Assembly: GCA_002269645.1 (NCBI GenBank) | Contig: NIVC01001228.1 | Coordinates: 1-64,000, forward strand | Origin: Macrostomum lignano | Taxonomy: Eukaryota | Length of the DNA stretch: 64,000 nucleotides | Direction: 5' to 3' | Shown: piece after piece, positions 34,580 to 45,113 of the stretch | Layout: every line of letters starts with the position of its first letter | Numbering within the stretch: the first letter of the stretch is position 1 | The notes under the pieces: generated by a model | What the model was told of the DNA's origin: nothing | What the model saw: only the letters and a program-made list of their open reading frames with translations | The model's database searches: none | Translations under genes and position numbers: made by a program

Positions 34580-35060
34580 CAGGAGGCCGGGCAGCTATGG
34601 AGACTATCAGGCGTTAAAACAAGAGTTGCACAAACAGCAAGGGCGCAAGTTTAGTGTAGGGCAGGTATGGATTTTTAATTCTACGATATACTTCTGGACC
34701 AAAGATTTTCTAAAAAATTCCATCCTAGATTTGCCTCAGATTTATCCACTAGCTAGCTATTTCCAGTTTTCATATTACTTACAATTAAAGGTAATGACTT
34801 GGCTCAAAGACCAAGATGTCTACACACTGCATAGAGATAAACGCAAAAACTTTCGTTTAGCACCAATTGTGGTGCGGGGCATGGATGACCCGTGGGAACT
34901 GGACCTGGTTGAAATGCTTCCATTCCGTTGAAATGCAATGGCGGCATGCGATACTTTCTATGCTGTATTGATATGCTCAGCAAAATGGCCTAGGCTCAGC
35001 CAGTGCGCCGCAAAACAGCCGGAGAGGTTGCGGCAGAATTCAATGCAATTCTGAAAAATC
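34580..35060 (+). pseudogene. Polinton-1 integrase N-terminal remnant containing a 126-nt GT-AG insertion
   Basis: GSYGDY.., [34665-34790], VMTWLKDQDVYTLH, PIVVRGMDDPWELDLVEM, CIDMLSK, KTAGEVAAEFNAIL; homologous to 19381-19845. Confidence 0.85.
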
Positions 35061-35367
35061 TTTTTTTCAAAGGCAGAGAGTGGCGCACAATGAGCATAAA
35101 TTGCACCTACATTGTGCTGTTCAACAACCCCAGAGACACCTTGGGCAGCCTTAAGTCAGCTGTAAATAGCATCAGTTTCGCTATCGCGTGCGCGTGAACT
35201 TATGTGTTTTATGTTCAGTGTACAATCGCCAGTGTACATTGCAAAATCAAATATGAAATATCTCGCTTGGCTTTAGCCACTTCGTGTTTTCTCGGACTAA
35301 CTCAAACCTGCCCTTTGCTTAGTTTACATTGGTGGCAGCGGTCTCTAAATCAAGCCGGCTTACCCAT

Positions 35368-36214
35368 GGCGCACGCAAATGCACTTTTGCCACCCAAGTT
35401 TTCGGGTGCTGACGACACCGACATCAATATGTGGCTGCAAATTTTTGAAGATTTTGCAGCAGATTCAGTGTGGAACGATGCTAAAATGGCTTCAAAAATC
35501 AAGCTTCTTCTGTGTGGCGAAGCTTTGGTGTTCGTCTGGGACCTGTCAGAGGACGAGAAGAAAAGCTTCAAGAGTATAAAAACCAAACTCGTCCAGTTCT
35601 ACAGCAGCAAGGAAAACTCCTACCGCGCCATGTCGGAGTTTGAGAGCCGAAAACGACGTCAGGGAGAATCATTGAGGGAGCTGTGCTTGGCTCTCAAGCT
35701 TCTGTATCGGAAGGCACGCCCTGAACACGCTCAAACGGTGAGAGACTGCGAAGTGCGACACCGAATGCTGGCACTGCTGCCTAGAGAGATTCGCGAAGCC
35801 TTACTGAAAGAGCCAACGAAGAGCCATTGCGACGAAGTCAGCCCTGAACAGTTGGCGGACCGAGCCACGATTCTGGAGAGCATAGGCAGCAAAGGAGCCT
35901 CTGCAAGCGTTGCAGTGACATCGGTTAGTAATCAAGTGTCTGATCGGCTGGAGCAGATGCAGGAGCAGCTGGTAGACCTGGCCGCGACAGTCGCCACGAT
36001 CAGCAGCCGGGGAAGTCAATGTGGAAGAGGAAGAGGAGCCGGACGCAAAGGCGGCAGCCGAGGAAGATGTTTCAATTGTGCTCAGCCCGGCCATTTTGCT
36101 GCTCAGTGCCCCAGCAGGAAGGCCGCACCAACCACGCCGTCCGTGTGCAGCCGCTGCTCAGGCAAAGGACACCGAGCCGAGGTCTGCCCGACACCAGCTT
36201 CGGGAAACTTCTGA
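35368..36214 (+). CDS. gag: Gypsy Gag with two CCHC zinc knuckles
   Basis: PPKFSG...WLQIFE; CFNCAQPGHFAAQC and CSRCSGKGHRAEVC; open frame from MAHANALL. Confidence 0.9.
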
Positions 36215-36220
36215 GGACTG

Positions 36221-38230
36221 GTGACCGCGGGCCATCACCAGCCCTGCCTAGCAAGGCCCAAACCGCTTCCATCTTCCTTCTTCCTCCCTGTCCAGCTGGG
36301 GTCAACCAGGATCCCCATCTTCCCTGACAGGAGCCCCACGCCAGCCTGCCGAGTGATGCCCATCGCGGTGATTGCCAGAGTTGCCAGCACCGTGACCGTC
36401 CCTGCCCGCAGCCGTGTCATAATCCCGGTCAAGGTGCCATCGTCCGTCGAGCAGGGTCTGTTCGAGCCCAGCTCTGATTTCGTCGACAAGACGGGCCTGC
36501 TGCCGAACAGGGCGCTAGTGGTGTCCAGCGCTGATGGCAACCTGCCGGTGGGCGTCTGCAACCTGAGCGCCGACCCGGTAGTGCTCTACCAAAACCAGAC
36601 AATCGGGAACTTCGACTCTGCCGAACCTCATGGATCTGGCGAAGAACCTGATGAAGAGGTTGGCTTCAAAATCAACCCTGAGCTAAGTATGTCGCAACGC
36701 AAGCTAATCGAAGTCCTTCTCAGCAAGCACTAGAAAGCATTCGCCAGTAACGAGTTCGATCTGGGAACAACACACCTGCTGCAGCACGAGATCAACCTGG
36801 AGCCCGGCAGTCGCCCTATCAAGCGCAGGCAGCGAACAATCCCGCTGAACTTCCGCCAGCAAGTGGATAACAAAATCAGTGAGATGCTGCGTCACGGAAT
36901 CATCGAGCCATCGTGCAGTCCATGGGCGAGCAACCTGCTCGTTGTTCGCAAGAAAAACAACGAGATCCGAATCTGCACCGACTGGAGAAGCCTCAACTCG
37001 TGCACCGTGAAGGACGCCTACCCGCTGCCTCCCCTGTCGGTTGCTCTAGACGTACTTACGGAATGCAGTTGGTTCAGCACACTCGATCTCCGCCAAGGGT
37101 TCCTGCAGGTCGAGCTACGTGAACAGGATCGAGAGAAGACCGCATTTTACTCAACGCAGGGCCTGATGCAGTACAGGAAGCTTGGATTCGGCCTCTGTAA
37201 CGCTCCATCAACCTTTCAGCGGCTGATGGATCTAACAATGGCTGGTCTGAACTGGACCGAAGTTCTCACGTACATGGACGATCTGATTTTGTTCAGTCCG
37301 ACGTTTGAAAAACACGCCCAAACCTTGGAACAGGTCCTCGAAAGACTGCAGTCAGCGGGCCTTAAGCTTAACAAGCGCAAGAGCTGCTTCTGCTTCCAAG
37401 AAGTAGAGTACCTGAGCCAAAAATCTCTGCCGAGGGTATTCAGCCAACTCAGGAGAAGATCAGCGCCATCCAATCCATCCCAACGCCTGATTGTGCCGAA
37501 GACGTTCGCCGGCTCGTCGGTATGCTGGGCTTCTATCGGCGATTCGTCCCTGATATGACGTGACTATAATATTGATATTATTTTAATTGCATATGCAGTT
37601 TGACGCGTTTTGTTTTACCTATGGACTAAATGAAGCTGCAAAACAGGCTTGGGTGAAAAGCCCGCTGTGAGAATGTGAAATAAAGAGAAATAAGAGCAAG
37701 ACTAAGAACCTTGGAGCCGCGGAAACGTCTGCTAGGATATCAGCACTAATAATTAATGCCTTAAGTATATTGAAGACTTTAAGTAACCTGAAAACATAAC
37801 AGTCCCAAACTTTGCCAGCATCGCTAATCCGCTTCATCAGGTGACTCAGAAGGGACGGCAGTTTCGGTGGACATCAGAGTGCGAAGTGGCGCTACAGAAG
37901 CTGAAGTCAGCGCTCTCGGCGCCTCCACTGCTGAAGCTGCCGGACTTCTCCAAAGAATTCCGTCTGTGCTGTGACAGTAGCGGCGTGGCCATCGCGGGTA
38001 TCCTCAGCCAGCTGCACGAAGGCGTTGAATGTCCCGTAGCATACGCGTCGCGAGTCCTGAACAAGTCAGAGCGGAATTACTCGACAACGCACCGAGAGCT
38101 TCTGGCAATGGTGTGGGCAATGAAGCACTTCCGAAACTACTTGGCGTCAGCTGGTGAAATTCTGGTCTTCAGCGACCACAAGCCGTTGCTAGGGGTTACT
38201 GATCACCTACCTGCAAGAGATCAACTTCAC
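36221..38230 (+). pseudogene. pol: Gypsy pol remnant (post-protease region, RT, RNase H); no protease active site or integrase seen
   Basis: IIEPSCSPWAS, LDLRQGFLQV, FGLCNAPSTFQR, YMDD, CDSSGVAIAGILSQ, YSTTHRELLA, SDHKPL. Confidence 0.92.
37551..37801. mobile_element. Solo LTR (251 bp) inserted in the gypsy RT/RNase H linker
   Basis: TGATATG...CATAACA termini; 5-bp TSD GTCCC (37546-50, 37802-06); removal restores RFVPNFASIA. Confidence 0.85.
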
Positions 38231-39929
38231 GCTGCTCTTCAGACCCGGTCACGAGAAGGTGGTGGCAGATGCACTAAGCCGAGCGGCGGCGACTCGGCTG
38301 CCACCTGTCTGGTCGGACGACGCTATCAGTACAGCGCATACGCTTGCGTTGCCCGCCACTGACCCGCATGCAGCAGAGGACGGCCGGCCGCCCAGTCCCG
38401 TTGATCCGCGGCAGACCTGGACGGATCTGCTGGACGAGCCGACGGCTGCTGGGCCTCGTCGCTCTGAGAGGACTCGGAGACCGCCTGATTTTTTGTTGCG
38501 CAGTTCCAATCAAACAAACATGCTGCCGCGTTCGAATTCTAAGTTAAATCGTCACTTTTTTTAAGCCATTGTTTTTTTAAATCCTCAATTTAGGGAGGGA
38601 GTGATGTAAATAGCATCAGTTTCGCTCTCGCGTGCGCGTGAACTTATGTGTTTTATGCTCAGTGTACAATCGCCAGTGTACATTGCAAAATCAAATATAA
38701 AATATCTCGCTTGGCTTTAGCCACTTCGTGTTTTCTCGGACTAGCTCAAACCTGCCTTTTGCTTAGTTTACACAGCAATGCTTTCCCAAACGGTGCACTC
38801 TGCTAGTAAAACTGATAGATCCATTGGTGCGAGATGGAGATCAGCGCTATCTGCTGCTTGATTTTCACCCGCTTCACCACATGAACTGCGCCTGAGAGCC
38901 AGTTTTCTCCCCGATGAGGCCCCACAGCGCATTTATCTATAAGAATGGCTCAGTCTCTGCACCGAGTTAAACATTAATAAACATATTTCACTAATACGAG
39001 CGTAACTGTCTTTTGTGAGGGAACTATATCCTTGCATCGCTGTATACTTACCTATGCAAATAAAAGCACCATTTGCTTTTTGGTTAAGTGTATTATCAAC
39101 TTACTAGCAGGAAAAGTTTGCTGTGAAGATAGCTTGAAGCGGAGACTCAGGCGATATCGAAATACTCTCCGGCTTGTTGCACAAAGCAAGTGTGAAAGAG
39201 GCTCGGCGCAATCTCTCACACCCGCATATCATTCGTTGTCTTCCTCTGGTTCTCACCTGTATAAAATAAAAAGAGGTACAAGAAAATGATACTGGTGGCC
39301 CGGTTGCAGTATGAGGCACTTGTGAATCAGAGGGGCATGGAGACAATCTGTGAACCCGAGCTAGAGGCGGAAAAACAGTTGCGCAAGATTAGGGACGATC
39401 GTTGTGTGCAGCAACTACAGGCAAGTGCGACCCAAGAACAGTCTCCAGTAATTCCCAGAGAACCGCAATGGAAGAAAGTGTTATGTCTGACGGATTCAGA
39501 AATGGCATCATCGCCTGCAGGCATTGATTCACTTCATAACTGTTGCATATTCTCTAATGACTTGTTATATTCTCAGACATGACTTGTTATGTCTGACGGA
39601 TTCAGAAATGGCATCATCGCCTGCAGGCATTGATTAGCTTCATAACTGTTGCATATTCTCTAACTATTGCGTATATGACGCACGTTATTTTTCATTTGTG
39701 TTATGCATTACATTGCTCATGTCTGTGTGCTTGACTTGAGTGCTCTTAATGAGCCGCGGCTAAAAGAGAAAGAAAGAACAAGTCGCGGCTGCAGGATAAA
39801 ATATAAAGTACGCCGGTAACTCGCTTCAATTAAACATCACGGACTTCGACTTTAATGTCGTTGATCTAGAAGAGTCTACCAAGACTGGAATTATATATAG
39901 TCTTAGAAAAAGCAGAAGACATAACAATA

Positions 39930-40200
39930 ACTGTAAAGTGCAAATCGATTAGCATATATAATACATATTAAGTTTCTGTCAATGGTAAACCGCTGTACAA
40001 CTCAAATATCGTGGACCTGCTGAATTTCATAGTTAAAGATACGTACTCTTGGTATCTTCAGCCACCGAATGAGATTAATGCGTTTGTTACGTGTCTTCAA
40101 GAAAACCACGTGCCTCTGTCTGCAGTTGGTCTGAACACTACAAAACTGCTTGTGATAAAAAGGCAATTAGATAAATATATTGCATGCACGATAAGCAATT
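39930..40200 (+). pseudogene. Fragment of a conserved Polinton hypothetical protein
   Basis: NGKPLYNSNIVDLL...P.....F...L....VPLSAVG resembles the recurrent Polinton G..I.GSNIVDL...NVP motif (from memory of the family). Confidence 0.5.
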
Positions 40201-41995
40201 ATTTAGGCCCTAGACAAAACTATTTTTGGAGCGTTCAGAGATTTTAAAGCTATTGGCCCTAATTGCCTATCGCCGGTCGGCGAGTCCTACCAATCTTTCT
40301 CCAATAGTCACAGTACGGTACAAGAAAAGAAGGAACACAGGTGAACACGAACCGAATAGATTTAGAGAGTGATAATCCTATATGAATAAAGCTGATAATG
40401 GCTAGACGATTTAATTTGATTATTCAAGCTACAGGATTCAAGCAATTCGCGGCGCAGATAATTAGACTGATGATAACGAATAATAACGATTAATAATAAT
40501 GATTATATTACGCACTGACAAGCGGATCTCAGCTTGAAGAAGAAGAAGGAGGCACCGAACACAGGACCACGGAGAAAGACTCCTAACCCCTGGCCTAAGC
40601 CAGAACCTACACTCAAACGAGAGCCCTGCCGAATCGACCGTTCAACGGAGTACCGACTAAATTCTATCGGCACTGCCCTTCAGTGTGACACTGAGGCCCT
40701 CGGGGTCGAGGCCGCGTACTTGATCAGATCCGACAGTCTCTATCTAAACCGCGCTTGATAGCGACGACGTCAGACAAGGATGCCGAATCGTTACGCTACA
40801 AGACTGAAGCGGTCGGGCGGGGAACAAAACTATGGACCGGGGTGACGAATTCAGAACGCCTCAAAGCGCGAATCAAAGGGAAACAGGCCACCGGCCGGGA
40901 AGCTGGACAAAACCAAGAACCGGGGAAAGAAGGGGGTGAGATCCGATTGCCAAACACACTTTCATTTATAGTCAGAGTCACAACTCCTCAAAACCCCCCT
41001 CAAGCCGGGTGGTGGTCGTCTGGCCGGCCGCTTGCTTAAGCCGAATTGCACTGTGCCCGCGGCGCCGGGTAGAATTGGAACTTGCCACGTGCCAGGGTCC
41101 AGGCCGGTTCTGATTGGCTGGCCGCGCAAAGCTGGGGTTCGCAGACAAAAACTCAACCCTCCGCTGAGTCACAAACGGCGTCTGACTTCTAGCCTGTTTA
41201 CGCAAAATTGATTCTAACTAACAAGGAAAAAGTACACCAAAAACGTATGACTAAACTAAAGCAAAATAATAATTCAATAACAATAATGCAAAACCTAACT
41301 AATAGAATACAAGGCTATCGCAAAAGATGCTCACACTACATGCTGGAAAAGCCTCGGGAAGAAAATTGTAGTCCGAAAAAGCCTTGGCTGCAAGACTATA
41401 AGAAGACGCAGTCTCAGGAAAGTGGATCAAGTGGCCAAGATGATTGTCATTGATTTTGAATGATTTTCGCACCTCTACAAAACAGAGGACTTTGGGGTCG
41501 TACTATAAAGCTGTCGTAGCGTAATTTCGATCGTACGTCGGAACTTTTACACTGCGAAGATAAGAGCTAAGAACGATCTTATCTTACGATGGCTTTATAG
41601 AACGGGCCCTTTGTGATTAAGGAAATTGCATGGGTTGACTTTGCATGTGTTCAAACGACGGTTCATTACTATTGCTACCGGCCGCCGCGCACCTTTGAGC
41701 TCTTTGATAGAGGACAACGACGAACGAACCTGCTACTGGCTTACCAATGAGCCTCCGGTCTAGACTGGGACTGAAGTGGGTTCCGAACCTACTCTTGTCT
41801 CTGGAGCGATATCTCTCACTTGCACAAGGCCTGATACTCAGTAAAGGGGATGTCAAGTGCCAGTTCCTATCGCGCCTGCTGTTCCAGCCTGTCCACGACC
41901 TAGCATAGATGGCCTTTCCGAGTGCCTCAAAGTACGTGCTACCCTGCGCCCTGGCCAAGGTGGCGCTGTACGCTGATTGGCTACAAAAAAAGGTC

Positions 41996-42002
41996 TATAA
42001 AA
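41996..42002 (+). promoter_or_regulatory. Canonical TATAAAA box with upstream reverse CCAAT box for the TBP-like gene
   Basis: CTGATTGGCT (~41973) then GGTCTATAAAAG, 47 nt before the ATG at 42049. Confidence 0.65.
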
Positions 42003-42048
42003 GTAGCGATCTGCAGCAGGCACTGACATTACTCTCGATTGTCTAAAG

Positions 42049-42618
42049 ATGGTCGCAACAACAGGAGCCGATCTGGCGACCCGGGTGGCTCTGCCACAAC
42101 TAGCGAATTTCCTGACTCTTTATCTGCCTCAGTATCACACAATCCGCCATCGCCTGGTTCATCCTCGAACACTGGCAGTGGTGATGAAGAGCGAGCAGCA
42201 TCAAGTAACCGCGCTGGTGTATCCGACTGGACAAGTGTCTGTCTGTGGAGCCAAAAGCATGGAGGAGGCTCTCGCAAAGACGGAGAAGATTGTGAGGCTG
42301 TGTGCGGATTTCTTGCGATTGACCAGTCTGCCCCAGATTCGCATCAAGACTATTACCTCTGTGACGGCCTTTTTCGCGGGTCGCCATCCACTCCGGTTGA
42401 GGGAAGTCAAGTCTAAGTGGGGTACCTACAAGCCGAAAATGTTAAATGGGCTTGTGCTCAAGTTAACTGTCTCTGTAAAGTTGATTTTTGTTTCATTCAT
42501 ATCGCTGTATATAGCTGGTGCTTGCAGCGTGGTTGAGGCTCAGACTGCAGCTGATACCCTCTTCCGCATTTTGTATGCAGACCAAGCATCCGAGCCTACT
42601 TTGCCGGACTCTGACTGA
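42049..42618 (+). CDS. TBP: Divergent TATA-box-binding protein (TBP)-like protein encoded within Polinton-1
   Basis: Two-repeat TBP core: [33 protein letters not shown] vs TBP [41 protein letters not shown] vs [21 protein letters not shown] vs YEPELFPGLIYRM; LIFVS..YIAGA vs LIFVSGKVVLTGA. 189 aa with no stops. Confidence 0.82.
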   Translation: [189 protein letters not shown]

Positions 42619-43033
42619 GCTCGTTAACGGCATAACAGCAGTAGTGAGCCCTGTATCATTTAATATTACTATAAAATGCTTTTCTGTAAAATACACTTTT
42701 TGAGTTTTTAAAATAATACAATACAATGTTTTCGCGTGGTAAGATGAATGAAGAACAAAAGGGGCAGCATTAAGGCTCGTCGCATGTATTTACAAAACAG
42801 TATTATCGCCCCGAATCAAAGCATAAAAACACATGGGCAGTATTATGGCCCGAAACAACTATTTACAGTGAGAGAAAGTCAAAATAGCGTTTTTGGAACT
42901 TGGTCTGGACTGCCTGTCATGCCTCTCAATGGTCATCCCACTCTGCTGGCTGCGTCTCTGGCCACATCACTAGCTGGTCCATCGAGAGTTTTGACGCCCA
43001 CTCCGCGCACTCTTCGGGCTCCGATGGGTAGTT

Positions 43034-43453
43034 TCCGAGCTACCACGGGTTGGCTGGTCCTTCGAGTTCTTCCAATATTCATTGCCTGTGTTGCCACAGC
43101 TGTCGCCATTGCTCAGTTGGTAGCGACAGGGCGTGTCTCAAGTGCAGTACGGGCTCGAGCACTGTTGGAAGGCGCCAGAGTGAGATTGCACCATCTTTGA
43201 CCACCACTTGCCTGTTGCCACCCAGAAGCCATTGCGCATCGAGTTTCCTGTCAGCGAACTCCTCCAAGCGCTTGGTCAAGCTGGCCAGGTGTCGGAATTG
43301 ATGGATGGTGAGCTCCATGCCGGGCAGACCTGGCCGATGATCCTCGTCGTCAGACTTAAACCACTTTCTAATACTGATGGTTTGTGTGTCCGGCACCAGG
43401 TTGATGCGATAACCATGTAGTAGTTCTTTAAACGCTATCAGAAAAAAATTCAT
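43034..43453 (-). CDS. Tandem PC4-like protein of Polinton-1, probably with a premature TGA near its C-terminus (43079-43081)
   Basis: ISIRKWF...RPGLPGMELTIHQFRHL (PC4 repeat 1); LLGGNRQVVVKDGAISLWRLP...LPTEQWRQLW aligns to KLGFDKFVEVKGGIIWLKRLP...LTPPLWQKLW of 18274-19047. The frame continues *ILEELEGPANPW after the stop. Confidence 0.75.
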
Positions 43454-43484
43454 TTAAAAAATTGCTTGAAGCTTAGCGAGCGCA

Positions 43485-44042
43485 AGGTGCTTTGCTTATA
43501 AAGGGTACTGGACCCTTTCTCCTGCGGGGTGTGTTGACCAACCAAATTGTGCTCGGACCGACAGGACCTCTCGACCAATACAATACCTTCCCCACATTAT
43601 ACTCGGAAATTCCGAGGAAATCACTTTGAATGCTTTCTGGACCAATAGAATCTCCTCCCTCACAATACCCCTCTTCTCGGAAATTCCAAGCAATCGGACC
43701 CTTTACAGACACGAACCCGTTGACCGATAACATTAAAACTGTCTTCCGTGTCACCACACGCGGTAGAGGACACTTACCAATGGACACTTACCAGACACTC
43801 AGCTGCCCGACCCCTCATCTAAGCCTGCTCCCCACCTCTGGGTCACCCCTAGGCTGGCTCGACCCCTCATCCGACCTGCCCGACCCCACCTTTGGCCTGC
43901 TCGACCCCACCTCTGGCCTGCCCCACCTCCGGCCTGCCCCACCCCGCCTTCGGAGCCTCCTCATCACTGATTGGCTCCCCTCGCTGATTGGCCAGTCAGC
44001 CAATCAGCGACGTTCGCCAGACTGTACCATTTTCCTACTACT
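43485..44042 (-). repeat. Right terminal inverted repeat of Polinton-1
   Basis: Inverse of 2864-3422; contains the hairpin CGCTGATTGGC...GCCAATCAGCG (43982-44009) and a minus-strand TATAA at 43496-43500. Confidence 0.9.
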
Positions 44043-44048
44043 CGTACG

Positions 44049-44520
44049 CATTGCTGAGCTTAGCATGAGCGATCATGGTTCTGGCTGATTCTTCTAGTGT
44101 GCGGTTCATTCGCTCTGCAACTCCATTCTGCTTGGGAGTATGGCCCACAGACATCTCATGCTTGATACATTGAGATTGTTGAGATTGCTCAAATACTTTG
44201 ATGATGTGTTTGCTAACAACCATTTCAGTGATAAGCATTTCGGCGTATGATAGTTATTATCAGTTATAATTTCATTTCCTTTAATGCCTTGGCTAAGACA
44301 AAGCGATTGTGAGTAAAGAGAGCATTTGGCACTGCAAGACAAACATTGCAACAAAGAGATTCTACCGTCAGATAACAAAATACGGTCAAACAGTAAGCTT
44401 GCAAAACGGGAGGCAAAAAACATGGAACACAGCGATTTGTTTAAAATTTTACTTCTTGCCATATGTTGCCGGAAAGGTTGTTGCCAAAATGAACTGATAC
44501 CTTCATTATGAACGTTACAA
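44049..44520 (-). pseudogene. Ty1/copia integrase remnant, upstream half (right flank of Polinton-1)
   Basis: FVTFI..., IKHEMSVGHTPKQNGVAERMNRTLEESARTMIAHAKL; continues across the TSD into 2857. Confidence 0.85.
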
Positions 44521-45113
44521 AGCAGTTTCACCTTAATTTCTCTGGTTTTTTATGACGAAGTAACATAAGTATCCAGTTATTAGTAAAATACGACATAATT
44601 GATCTCTTAATCATCCTTTACGACGGAAAGGAATATGACGATTGGACCAGAAATCCATGAAACTGATAATATGGATATGCCAGTCAACAATTGGCAGTTT
44701 TGTTTAACTCAAATCATAACAATTTATTTCAGATGGTATATTGTATTATCAAGAACGTACAATGAATTATATTGAAGAAATACTCATGTTTAAAAAAGCA
44801 GTTAAAAACTATTAAGCAACAGATTTTAAAGCTTAATTTAGTTTTTGTTAACCTATTGCTACATAAATTTTTTTACAGATTTTTTCTTTCAATATAATAG
44901 AGTTTCTATCTCGCTAATGCATGCAAATATTTGGCAGCTTTTGAAAGCTAATTGATCAGCTCTTGTGTATGAACATTAAAAATTAAGGTATTAATAGAAC
45001 AAGTAAAATTCAGGAGGAAATTATGACTAATAGAAAGCAATAAAATTTTTTAACTAAAAATTAAATAGGTGCTTATAAAAAAATACAGTCAATAATATTG
45101 AAAATGATTTCTT

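Larger units (their letters stand above)
35161..38772 (+). mobile_element. Internally deleted Ty3/gypsy element (3.6 kb) with paired LTRs
   Basis: 168-bp LTRs at 35161-35328 and 38605-38772 (TGTAAA...TTTACA, 5 mismatches); TSD CAGC; PBS TGGTGGCAGCGG (tRNA-Leu 3' end complement) at 35330; PPT AGGGAGGGAG at 38592. Confidence 0.95.
35060..38945 (+). pseudogene. Polinton-1 packaging ATPase C-terminal remnant (35060-35160 and 38773-38945), split by the gypsy insertion
   Basis: NLFFKGREWRTMSINCTYIVLFNNPRD before the LTR; QCFP...YLLLDFHP...ELRLRASFLP after it. Confidence 0.75.
2864..44042 (+). mobile_element. Polinton/Maverick (adintovirus-like) element 1, 41.2 kb including nested insertions; decayed
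   Basis: Starts AGTAGTAG (2864) and ends CTACTACT (44042). CGTACG at 2858-2863 and 44043-44048 is a 6-bp TSD. Long inverted terminal repeats. Contains pPolB, integrase and ATPase remnants. The two flanks rejoin into one copia integrase. Confidence 0.92.

Noticed and set aside
40260-41600. Possible LTR or other insertion inside Polinton-1
   Set aside because: Composition suggests foreign DNA, but I could not find convincing termini, a TSD or coding motifs; left unclassified.
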